From Erysipelotrichaceae bacterium (GTDB taxonomy: Bacteria; Bacillota_I; Bacilli_A; Erysipelotrichales; Erysipelotrichaceae): 32,000 nucleotides of DNA. Shown piece after piece: positions 24,275 to 32,000 of this stretch; position 1 is the stretch's first letter; the number at the start of each line of letters is the position of its first letter. The stretch is taken from assembly GCA_017431825.1 (NCBI GenBank), contig JAFRKI010000009.1, forward strand, positions 69,198 to 101,197, read 5' to 3'. The notes beneath the pieces were generated by a model that had not been told where the DNA came from, made no database searches, and saw only the letters and a program-made list of their open reading frames with translations. The position numbers and the translations under genes are program-made.

Positions 24275-25174
24275 ATGGAATATGCGCTTATAGTATCAAA
24301 ACAACTGCTGGTGATGTTTGCCTATATGATGGTAGGTTTTGCCTTCTATAAGGCTAAGCTTTTGACTGACAGCGGCACGGCATCCATGTCCAATATACTG
24401 GTCTATGCCGTCATCCCGTCCATCATCCTGCATACCTTCTTCATACCTTATGATCCGTCAGTAATCCAGAAAATGGGTGAAGGTCTGCTGGCGGCTTTGA
24501 TCTGTCTGGGTGCGGGAGCCATCCTCTGCATCCTGGTCTTTAAGGAGGATCCTTTAAACAGGGTCGGCTGTACTTTCCCGAACGCCGGCTTTATCGGCAT
24601 CCCTTTGATAACGGCCGTTCTGGGAAGCGAAGCCATCGTCTATCTGATGCCTTACCACATGATGCTTAATGTCTTTCAGTATACCTATGCGGTAACGGTC
24701 TTTTCAAAAGAAAGGACAGGTTTCGTCAAGGCCATATTAAAGAATCCAATGGTCATTTCGATTGCTGTGGGTCTTACTGTTTTCCTGTGCGGACTTGGAG
24801 ATAAGGTCCCGTCAGCCATAACCGGCGTCGTTGACGGTTTATACGGCATGCTTACACCGTTGTCGATGATAGTTCTGGGAACCTATCTGGCTCAGGTCGA
24901 TTTCCGAAAGATCAGCTATCTGCGTGACTTTAAGGCTGCCGGTACCAGACTGCTGCTGATACCTGTATGTGCGTTTATACTTTTAAGGCTCATACCGTTA
25001 TCTGCCGATGCCCGCATGGTAGCTCAGATCGCTTCATCCTGTTCGATCGGATCGGTGATCGCCATCTATGCCGACAAGTTCGATATGGATTATGTCTATG
25101 CCTGTGAAGTGGTGGCGTTCTCCACTCTGATGCTGCTGGTAACGATGCCGCTTATCATGATGTTCCTGGTTTAG
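24275..25174 (+). CDS. AEC (auxin efflux carrier) family transporter
   Basis: This is a roughly 10-TM protein of 299 aa. The N-terminus and the FPNAGFIGIPL motif are typical of the Mem_trans/AEC family. Confidence 0.65.
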   Translation: MEYALIVSKQLLVMFAYMMVGFAFYKAKLLTDSGTASMSNILVYAVIPSIILHTFFIPYDPSVIQKMGEGLLAALICLGAGAILCILVFKEDPLNRVGCTFPNAGFIGIPLITAVLGSEAIVYLMPYHMMLNVFQYTYAVTVFSKERTGFVKAILKNPMVISIAVGLTVFLCGLGDKVPSAITGVVDGLYGMLTPLSMIVLGTYLAQVDFRKISYLRDFKAAGTRLLLIPVCAFILLRLIPLSADARMVAQIASSCSIGSVIAIYADKFDMDYVYACEVVAFSTLMLLVTMPLIMMFLV

Positions 25175-25189
25175 TTATATAATTGACTT

Positions 25190-26512
25190 ATGAGAAAGAC
25201 CTTAGCGATACTTATCTGTAAACTTACAAGAAATATCGGAAAGCTCGTAGGCAGGGGATCGAGTCTTCCCGGACTCATCGCCCTTAAAACCGATCCGAAC
25301 ATTCTTTCAAAACTAAAATTACCTAAATACGTAATAGCGGTGACCGGCTCCAACGGCAAGACTTCCACGGTCGAGATGATCAAAGGAGTCCTGGAAGCAG
25401 CCGGTCTTCGTGTTGCCTATAATGCGGAAGGATCCAACCAGACCGAAGGCGTCACCACTTTCATGCTGGAAAACGCCAACCTGAAAGGGGAGATCCAGAG
25501 CGATGTGGTCCTCATGGAATCCGATGAAAGATATGCCCGTCATACCTTTAAGCATTTCGTGCCGACCCACTACGTCATAACCAATCTTTACCGTGACCAG
25601 CTGACCCGTAACGGTCATCCGGAATGGATCTACAAGATCATCGAAGACAGCATCCATCCGGGATCCGAACTGATCCTGAATGCGGACGATCCGCTGGTAA
25701 ACAGCTTAAAAGGCGAAAGCTGCGTCTATTACGGAATAGACCGCTATGGCGATTCCAAAGAAAAGAACACCAGCGTCTATAACGACGGTGCCTACTGTCC
25801 GGTATGCAGAAAGCCGATGACCTATGAATACTACCACTACAACCATATCGGCAAATACGAATGCAAGTCCTGCGGCTATAAAAGGAACGAACCGAAGTAC
25901 CGCATCAGCACCGTTGATCTTGATGAAGGCTATCTCATAATCGACGACAAGTACAGGATCAATCTGGCACTCAAGAGCATCTACAATGCCTACAACATCC
26001 TGGCTACCTATGCTTTGGGGAGAGAACTGAACATCAGCCCGGAGATCATCGCGGATACTCTCAACAACTACATCCTTAAAAACGGCCGTGTAAAACAGTT
26101 CAAGGTAAACGGAAAGGAAGGAACGCTGCTGGCATCCAAGCATGAGAACTCCATCTCCTACAATCAGTCATTGAGAGTTGTCGGTAATCACAAAGGCGAC
26201 GTAACGGTCTTCATCATGGTCGATGCGATAAGCCGCAAGTACTTCACCAGCGAAACGTCCTGGCTCTGGGATATCGATTTTGAACTTCTCAGCAGCAGAA
26301 ACATAAAAAAGATAATCCTGGCGGGTCAGTATGCCAGTGACGTGGCGGAAAGATTAAGCTATGCCGGACTTGATTTTAATAATATCCACATCGAAAAGGA
26401 TATCGCCAAAGCCGTCGATTATCTGGGCGAAGAAGCAATCGGTCATATCTATGCGGTCACCTGCTTCTCCGATCAGCACAAGCTCTTAAGCAGAGTGGAG
26501 GTCAGCGAATGA
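25190..26512 (+). CDS. Mur-ligase-family protein, MurT-like (lipid II isoglutaminyl synthase ligase subunit type)
   Basis: The P-loop is VTGSNGKTST. A Cys4 ribbon CPVCRK...CKSCGY interrupts the central domain, as in MurT. The C-terminal DUF1727-like region contains SWLWDIDFE. Confidence 0.7.
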   Translation: MRKTLAILICKLTRNIGKLVGRGSSLPGLIALKTDPNILSKLKLPKYVIAVTGSNGKTSTVEMIKGVLEAAGLRVAYNAEGSNQTEGVTTFMLENANLKGEIQSDVVLMESDERYARHTFKHFVPTHYVITNLYRDQLTRNGHPEWIYKIIEDSIHPGSELILNADDPLVNSLKGESCVYYGIDRYGDSKEKNTSVYNDGAYCPVCRKPMTYEYYHYNHIGKYECKSCGYKRNEPKYRISTVDLDEGYLIIDDKYRINLALKSIYNAYNILATYALGRELNISPEIIADTLNNYILKNGRVKQFKVNGKEGTLLASKHENSISYNQSLRVVGNHKGDVTVFIMVDAISRKYFTSETSWLWDIDFELLSSRNIKKIILAGQYASDVAERLSYAGLDFNNIHIEKDIAKAVDYLGEEAIGHIYAVTCFSDQHKLLSRVEVSE

Positions 26513-27204
26513 AACTGCTTCATTTATACCACGATCTGATGAACCTTTACGGTGAATACGGGAATATCGTCGTCTTACAGAAACACCTGGAAGACCAGGG
26601 TTTTGAAGTGAAGCTTGACCGTAAGAGTCTGGGTGAGAGGATCGATTTCTCGAAATACGATTTCATCTACTGCGGCAGCGGTACTGAGGCCAATGAGATG
26701 GTGGCAATTGAAGACCTTTTGAAGAGAAAGGATTCCTTTGCGAAGGCCGTCGAAAAAGGAACCGTCATACTGCTTACCGGCGGAGCCATGGAATTCTTAG
26801 GCAAAAGCGTAAACGGAAAAGAAGCCCTGGACCTTCTGCCTTTGGAAACGGAGTTTACCGATAACAGATATACGGGAGACGTCATCGTCAGAAATGATGA
26901 GATCGGCGAAGTCGTCGGTTTCATCAACAAGTGCTCCCTGATAAAGGAAGACGAGGATATCAAACTTTTCGACTATGTCTTCAAGCAGAACGAAGTAAAG
27001 GACAACGCCTATGAAGGCTACCATTATAAAAACGTCTACGGCACCCACATCATCGGTCCGATCCTGGTGAAGAATCCGAACTTTATGAAGAAGATCATCG
27101 GGGATCTGGGAGGAAAGGATTTCATTTATAAGGATATTTCCTACCCGTTCGAGGAAGACAGCTACAGCGTAACGCTTAATGCCCTAAAGGAAAGGATAAA
27201 ATAA
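26509..27204 (+). CDS. GatD-like (CobQ/CobB-type glutamine amidotransferase-like) partner of MurT; catalytic residues appear substituted
   Basis: It has an ATGA overlap with the murT-like gene. LHLYHDLMNLYGEYGNI, RYTGDVIV and HYKNVYGTHIIGPILVKNP align with GatD. TGGAMEFLGK sits where GatD has CGGYQFLGK, and IIGP sits where GatD has LHGP. Confidence 0.6.
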   Translation: MKLLHLYHDLMNLYGEYGNIVVLQKHLEDQGFEVKLDRKSLGERIDFSKYDFIYCGSGTEANEMVAIEDLLKRKDSFAKAVEKGTVILLTGGAMEFLGKSVNGKEALDLLPLETEFTDNRYTGDVIVRNDEIGEVVGFINKCSLIKEDEDIKLFDYVFKQNEVKDNAYEGYHYKNVYGTHIIGPILVKNPNFMKKIIGDLGGKDFIYKDISYPFEEDSYSVTLNALKERIK

Positions 27205-27210
27205 AAGCCG

Positions 27211-27624
27211 CTACATCAGCGACTTTATTTTTTCTTTTAATGCTTCATAGGCATCTTGCGGATCATCGATATCCTGCACCGTCTTTTCCATCGGACAGAT
27301 GTCATCGCCCTTGCGGTTGATGATCCTCTCAGTCAGGGTCCCGTAAGTATAAGGAATGTGATATTCCTCAAGCCTGGCCGCACCGGCCTTGCTCATAACT
27401 TCACCGTATGCCTCTTTGATGCCGGCAAGCACATACAGGGATGCTGCAGCCTTGCCCACTATCCGGTCGGCTATCGAAAAGCCTCTGATGTCTATTCCTT
27501 CGTTAAGAAAGCCCATCAGCGGGGCAATGCCTTTCCTTACGGAAGAATAGATCCTGTCGTCCTTTACCAGTACACAGGTCTTGTCGTCAGTCAGAAGTTC
27601 TCTGGCTTTTTCCATATCAGTCAT
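27211..27624 (-). CDS. DUF1893-domain protein
   Basis: The protein is 137 aa. TCVLVKDDRIYSSVRKGIAPL...ADRIVGKAAASL...DDICPMEK resembles the TM1506/DUF1893 family. Confidence 0.5.
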   Translation of the reverse strand: MTDMEKARELLTDDKTCVLVKDDRIYSSVRKGIAPLMGFLNEGIDIRGFSIADRIVGKAAASLYVLAGIKEAYGEVMSKAGAARLEEYHIPYTYGTLTERIINRKGDDICPMEKTVQDIDDPQDAYEALKEKIKSLM

Positions 27625-27676
27625 GGAAACATTATAACATTAAAAAAATAAGGGTTTCCCCTTATTTATCTGATAA

Positions 27677-27765
27677 TGGCGCAGTGGGTGGGATTCGAAC
27701 CCACGGACCGTTGCCGGTCAAACGATTTCGAATCGTTCTCGTTATGACCACTTCGATACCACTGC
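27677..27765 (-). tRNA. tRNA-Ser (CGA)
   Basis: The reverse complement starts GCAGTGGTATCGAAGTGGTC. The anticodon loop is TTCGAAA, a long variable arm is present, the T-loop is GGTTCGAATCC, and CCA is encoded. Confidence 0.9.
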
Positions 27766-27814
27766 AGATCATAAGCATCAATATAATTTTAGGACTTATA
27801 ATGAATTTATACAA

Positions 27815-28516
27815 ATGGGAATTCAGTATAACTGCTGGCACGGCTGCCACAAGAAGTCCGAAGGCTGTCTGAACTGCTATGTTTACAGGCGTGATGAGTC
27901 CATCGGCAAGGATGCTGCCGTCATCTACAAAACCTCATATTTCAGCCTGCCCGTAAGGAAAGACCGCAAAGGCAATTATAAGTATAAAGGCGGAACGGAG
28001 TTTTCGATGTGCTTTTCCAGCGACTTTTTCATCGAGGAAGCCGACCAGTGGCGAAAGGACGTTCTGGCCATGATCAGGGAAAGAAGCGACTGCACCTTCT
28101 TCTGCATAACCAAAAGACCTGAAAGGATAATGGAATGCATCCCTGACATCGAAGACTATGACAATCTCATCATCCACTGCACGATGGAGAATCAGAAGCG
28201 CTTCGACGAAAGGGCACCTATCTACTTAAGCCTGCCATTAAAGGAAAAGGGCATCGTCATGGAACCGATGCTGGAAAGGATAGACATGTCAAAGTACCTT
28301 GATGAGGGTATCGACACCGTTACCTGTGGCGGAGAATCGGGTCCCAATGCCAGAGTCATCGATTTTGAATGGGTAAAGGAAATAAAGGAAAACTGCGATA
28401 AAAAAGGCATCGGTTTCTATTTTCATCAGACCGGTGCCAATATCGTCGTTAACGGTAAGCTCTATCACGTGGAAAGGAAGTTCCAGCACTCCCAGGCCCG
28501 CAAGGCCTTTAAATGA
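27815..28516 (+). CDS. DUF5131 (phage Gp37/Gp68-like) family protein
   Basis: The N-terminal CWHGCHKKSEGCLNCY cysteine motif and the later GGESGPNAR motif are characteristic of this family. Confidence 0.65.
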   Translation: MGIQYNCWHGCHKKSEGCLNCYVYRRDESIGKDAAVIYKTSYFSLPVRKDRKGNYKYKGGTEFSMCFSSDFFIEEADQWRKDVLAMIRERSDCTFFCITKRPERIMECIPDIEDYDNLIIHCTMENQKRFDERAPIYLSLPLKEKGIVMEPMLERIDMSKYLDEGIDTVTCGGESGPNARVIDFEWVKEIKENCDKKGIGFYFHQTGANIVVNGKLYHVERKFQHSQARKAFK

Positions 28517-29044
28517 TCAGTACTGGGTCTTAGCCAGCGTTTCTTTGGCCTTGTCTTCCCCGGCAAGCGCCTTTACGATCTCATAGCCGAATTCAAATGC
28601 CGCACCGACACCCTTGCCGGTGATCATTTTATTATCGGTAAAGCTCTTGCCTGCAGCCGGTTTCAGATCATTCTCAAAGCCCGGATAGCAGACGAATCTT
28701 TCACTGTTTATAAGACCCTTATGGATGAGTATCGAAGGAGCGGCACAGATAGCCGCAACGTACTTGCCGTCTTTTACGAAACGGTCGATAAGTTCCTGTA
28801 CTCTTTCATCCTTTTCGAGATTGAGGGTACCCGGCATGCCTCCCGGCAGCACCAGACAGTCGCAGTCCTCATATTCAAGATCATCTATATTAAGATGAGG
28901 CATGAACCTGACGTTATGGGATGAAACTATCTCATCTTCAAGTCCGACCAGTTTTACGTCTATTCCGGCTCGGAAAAGCACGTCATAGGTGATCAGCGCT
29001 TCACATTCCTCCAGCCCCGGGGCACACAGTATCGCAGCTTTCAT
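28517..29044 (-). CDS. DJ-1/PfpI family protein
   Basis: LVLPGGMPG and the nucleophile elbow AAICAAP are present. The protein is 175 aa. Confidence 0.8.
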   Translation of the reverse strand: MKAAILCAPGLEECEALITYDVLFRAGIDVKLVGLEDEIVSSHNVRFMPHLNIDDLEYEDCDCLVLPGGMPGTLNLEKDERVQELIDRFVKDGKYVAAICAAPSILIHKGLINSERFVCYPGFENDLKPAAGKSFTDNKMITGKGVGAAFEFGYEIVKALAGEDKAKETLAKTQY

Positions 29045-29068
29045 ATCGTTTCCTCCTGTTTTTATTAT

Positions 29069-30631
29069 ATGCGATATTGTAGTAAAATATTGTTTATGAA
29101 ACGAATCATGAGTATCTATGAAAGCTGCAAGATGCCGATCAGGATATGCTTCTTTGGCTTTATTCTGATAGCTTTCGGCTTTCTGATCCAGAATGAAAGC
29201 GTCAATATCTTCTATACCTTTACCAGCAAATACCTGCTGATGTTTGCCCAGGGCTGTCTGATGCTGGGCAATACGATAATCATAAATCTGCCGCTGATCT
29301 TCATGGTCTATATCGTCTGCAAGAAGGCCAACAGCGGTGTACCGATCGCGCTGGCGCTGATCGGCTATTTTGCGTATCTGGTTACGACGACGCTGTTTTC
29401 AAGTCAGGCACTGTCACCTTATGCCTATGCCAGCGGAGTAGGAATAAACGCCATCATCGACATGAGCGGCGTCACCAAGTATCCGCTGGAGACCGGAATG
29501 ATCGGTGCCTTTATCGTAGCCTATATCACGAGATACTCCTTCATCAGAAGCCGCCACAGAACGTCCCATTCCCTGCTGGGCTTTCTTAACAGGGATTCGG
29601 CTGCCATCATCTACAACATCTGCTTCTGCACCTTTGCGGGCATGATCGTTTCCTATGTCTTCCCGTATCTGTATTCATATCTGAGCACGCTGATAACCTA
29701 TATATCAAGGGACCTCTCCGATCCGTTAAGGATGGGCCTTTACGGAGCCCTGGACAGGGCTTTGTCCATACTGGGACTTGGCAATTACATCCGTTATCCT
29801 TTCTGGTATACGGCTATGGGCGGTTCCTATCAGACCCTTTCCGGCCAGTCTATCGTCGGTGACGTAAACATCTGGAACTACACCAAGGACATCATGACCA
29901 CCTATTCCGGTGCCGGAAGATTCATAACGCCTTACTATGTCATAAACATGTTCATAGCCCCGGCTTTATACATGGGCATCCTTTTCTCGATGACCGACAA
30001 GCAGGAAAGAAGCCACTTCATGTTCTTCTTCATCCTGGCAGCCATCGGTTCCTTCGTGGTCGGCAATCCTTTGCCGCTGGAACTGATGATGCTGTTCACG
30101 GCGCCGTTCCTGCTCCTGTGTTATCTGGGCATCGTGGCCGTCGTCTTTGCCTACCTGAGTTCAGCAGGCATTTACTTAGGTTCCAGCATCGGCTCCAATC
30201 TCAATACCATCACGGCCATGCCGGGCACCTTCCCTGATTTCATCATCAACCTGAGAAGCGTCATCCACTTTGACGCTCTGCTGCAGATCTTCCTGGTAGG
30301 ACTCGCTGCGGCACTGATCACCTATATCGTAGCTTACGTCTACTACCGTTTCCTGGCCTTCAATCTCATCAATTCCGGTAAGGATCAGGCCATCGTCAAT
30401 GCCACCGTGGAAGCTATGGGCGGCTATGACAATATCGAGAACGTCGGTTCCGGTTTCAACAGGGTGAACTTCGCCTTAAGAAACAACGAGCTGGTGTCCG
30501 TCGACAGGCTGCAGTCCCTGGGCGTCAACCGCATAACGGAGACCCGTACCGGCATTTCCATCGATTTCGGATCATCGAGCTGCATCATTTCCCGAATGGT
30601 GAAAGCCGTCTTAAAGGAGCTGGGCAGATAG
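29069..30631 (+). CDS. divergent PTS EIIC-like membrane protein with a C-terminal EIIB-like domain lacking the phospho-Cys
   Basis: A polytopic membrane domain is followed by AMGGYDNIENVGSGFNRVNFALRNNELVSVDRLQSLGV. This aligns with glucose-type EIIB (ALGGxxNIxxxxxCxTRLRxxVxD), but Ser-Gly-Phe-Asn replaces C-x-T-R. The start is uncertain (ATGs at 29069, 29096 and 29108). Confidence 0.45.
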   Translation: MRYCSKILFMKRIMSIYESCKMPIRICFFGFILIAFGFLIQNESVNIFYTFTSKYLLMFAQGCLMLGNTIIINLPLIFMVYIVCKKANSGVPIALALIGYFAYLVTTTLFSSQALSPYAYASGVGINAIIDMSGVTKYPLETGMIGAFIVAYITRYSFIRSRHRTSHSLLGFLNRDSAAIIYNICFCTFAGMIVSYVFPYLYSYLSTLITYISRDLSDPLRMGLYGALDRALSILGLGNYIRYPFWYTAMGGSYQTLSGQSIVGDVNIWNYTKDIMTTYSGAGRFITPYYVINMFIAPALYMGILFSMTDKQERSHFMFFFILAAIGSFVVGNPLPLELMMLFTAPFLLLCYLGIVAVVFAYLSSAGIYLGSSIGSNLNTITAMPGTFPDFIINLRSVIHFDALLQIFLVGLAAALITYIVAYVYYRFLAFNLINSGKDQAIVNATVEAMGGYDNIENVGSGFNRVNFALRNNELVSVDRLQSLGVNRITETRTGISIDFGSSSCIISRMVKAVLKELGR

Positions 30632-30642
30632 CTCTTTTTTGT

Positions 30643-30671
30643 TTGACAAAGCCCCCTTAAACTATTAAAAT
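30643..30671 (+). promoter_or_regulatory. near-consensus sigma-A promoter of rpmH
   Basis: TTGACA (30643-30648), a 17-nt spacer, then TAAAAT (30666-30671). Confidence 0.6.
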
Positions 30672-30706
30672 AGAATAGCATTGACTAAAGAAAGGGTGGC
30701 TATCGT

Positions 30707-30841
30707 ATGAAAAGAACTTATCAGCCAAGTAAGAGAAAGCACGCAAATACTGCAGGCTTCAGAGCTCGCATGAAGACCGTCGGCGGACGCAAGGTCCTTG
30801 CCAGACGCAGAGCTAAGGGAAGAAAAGTATTATCTGCTTAA
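30707..30841 (+). CDS. rpmH: 50S ribosomal protein L34
   Basis: This ORF is not in the ORF track because it is short. The product is [44 protein letters not shown], preceded by a GGGTGG Shine-Dalgarno. Confidence 0.95.
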   Translation: MKRTYQPSKRKHANTAGFRARMKTVGGRKVLARRRAKGRKVLSA

Positions 30842-30875
30842 AATATGAGCCACGATCGTGGCTTTTATTAACAAT

Positions 30876-31205
30876 ATGATCAAACAGTACCGCATCAGAA
30901 GAAACGAAGAATTCTCGGATATCATCGCCAAAAAGAAGTCAAAAGCCGGCGATGCTTTTGTGCTGTACGCTGATGACAGGAAGGAAGCCTATTCAAGAGT
31001 GGGCATTTCGGTATCGAAAAAGCTGGGCAATGCCGTAACCCGCAACAAGATAAAACGTCAGATCAGGATGATGTTTGCGAACATTTATGACTTCACTGAA
31101 AGCCCCAAAGATCTCATCGTCATCGCCCGCAACCGCTATCTTGAACGCTCCTTTGAGGAAAACCAAAGAGAATTGGAAAAGCTCATTAAAAGTTCTATAA
31201 TATAA
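30876..31205 (+). CDS. rnpA: ribonuclease P protein component
   Basis: It lies directly after rpmH. The motifs are RIRRNEEFSDI...RVGISVSKKLGNAVTRNKIKRQIR. I prefer the ATG at 30876 over the GTG at 30858, but the start is uncertain. Confidence 0.85.
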   Translation: MIKQYRIRRNEEFSDIIAKKKSKAGDAFVLYADDRKEAYSRVGISVSKKLGNAVTRNKIKRQIRMMFANIYDFTESPKDLIVIARNRYLERSFEENQRELEKLIKSSII

Positions 31206-31227
31206 AGGTATGAGCAAGGAGATTAAT

Positions 31228-32000
31228 ATGAACAGAAAGCGTCTCACATTGGTACTGACAGTCGTATGCTTGCTGATTTTGATGAGCGGATGCAGTACCA
31301 ATTTCAGTCCGATATATCTCGATACGCCTATCTCCGACATGTATCAGGACGGCATTTTTGCGGTTGCTTTGACTTATCCGCTTGCCCAGGCCATCAACTT
31401 CCTTAGTCAGAAGATCGGAGTATTCTGGGCTGTTTCGATCGTTACCCTGATCTTAAATGCGATCATCATCGCCCTCACATTCAGATCCAACGTTTCCATG
31501 CAGAAGATGCAGGAACTCCAGCCGGAGATCCAGAAGATCCAGCTGAAGTATGAAGGCCGCTACGGCGAAGCTTCACAGCAGAGGATGAATGTCGAGATCC
31601 AGAATCTCTACAAGAAAAACAACGTCAATCCGCTGGGATCACTTATCGCAACCTTCATTCAGTTCCCGGTGCTGATTTCCATGTACGCTGCCGTCAGAAG
31701 ATCGGCTGCCGTAGCCAACGGCACCTTCTTGGGACAGTCTTTAGCCTTAACGCCTAAAGAGGCCTTCATGGAGAAAGCCTTCATCATCGTCGCCATCTAT
31801 GTAATCATGATCATCATGCAGTTCATCTCCGTCTCAATCCCTAGATGGCTGTCGATCAGAAAAGGCAGGATCGAAGCTGAAAAGAAACATAAGAGCTATG
31901 AGAAGCCAGCTCAGCAGAATTCCTTCATGATGTACGGCATCGTCGTTTTCATCGCTGTGATCATGCTGTCATGGCCGGCTGCTCTGTCGCTGTACTACTG
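31228..32000 (+). CDS. yidC: YidC/SpoIIIJ-type membrane protein insertase (lipoprotein form), 3' end beyond the window
   Basis: MNRKRLTLVLTVVCLLILMSGCS contains a lipobox. It is followed by QKMQELQPEIQKIQLKYEGR...NPLGS..FIQFPVLISMY, which are typical YidC motifs. The frame stays open to the window end. Confidence 0.85.
   Translation, partial: MNRKRLTLVLTVVCLLILMSGCSTNFSPIYLDTPISDMYQDGIFAVALTYPLAQAINFLSQKIGVFWAVSIVTLILNAIIIALTFRSNVSMQKMQELQPEIQKIQLKYEGRYGEASQQRMNVEIQNLYKKNNVNPLGSLIATFIQFPVLISMYAAVRRSAAVANGTFLGQSLALTPKEAFMEKAFIIVAIYVIMIIMQFISVSIPRWLSIRKGRIEAEKKHKSYEKPAQQNSFMMYGIVVFIAVIMLSWPAALSLYY

Noticed and set aside
27662-27872. Two 62-aa ORFs (one on each strand)
   Set aside because: Both overlap tRNA-Ser(CGA) at 27677-27765. 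Neither has an RBS or a recognisable motif.
30632-30706. oriC-like DnaA boxes upstream of rpmH
   Set aside because: Only a promoter-like TTGACA/TAAAAT pair is present. No TTATCCACA-like 9-mers were seen in this spacer.
1-32000. CRISPR arrays or other regularly spaced repeats
   Set aside because: No regularly spaced direct repeats were seen. The only sizeable repeat is the tandem TIR gene duplication.

Overview
This window looks like a Bacillota (Firmicutes)-type chromosome. It is about 50% GC by eye, tRNA genes encode their CCA ends, a T-box leader is present, and almost every gene is on the + strand. Most of it is housekeeping: deoC, serC-serA, an M19 dipeptidase, dut, a GNAT, an M18 aminopeptidase, a DUF4015 glycoside-hydrolase-like protein, T-box-controlled metG, an AEC transporter, a MurT/GatD-like pair, DJ-1/PfpI, a PTS EIIC-like protein, rpmH-rnpA-yidC, and five single tRNA genes.

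Two accessory loci stand out.

(1) An AT-rich island at about 1.05-6.85 kb, with an adjacent HigB/HigA-like toxin-antitoxin pair at 6.86-7.51 kb. The island encodes a SLOG-domain protein fused to two SLATT-like 2TM modules. Two tandem paralogs follow, each with an N-terminal TIR domain, one TM helix and a C-terminal six-blade beta-propeller-like domain. A PrsW-family membrane protease and a small all-alpha, possibly HEPN-like protein complete the island. I read this as a Thoeris-like TIR-signal / SLOG-sensor / membrane-effector defence system with receptor-like membrane-anchored TIR sensors. It is my best candidate for a previously undescribed system.

(2) A tightly coupled ten-gene Tad/Flp-like type IV filament operon at 16.57-22.08 kb. 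It encodes a CpaF/VirB11-like ATPase, a single two-repeat platform protein and six pilin-like proteins. Four of the six have the Flp E5-Y6 (or H5-Y6) motif in register behind only Met-Lys/Arg, with no normal leader peptide. It also encodes a secreted repeat/Ig-like protein. No prepilin peptidase gene is visible.

All domain calls come from reading motifs by eye. No database search was run.
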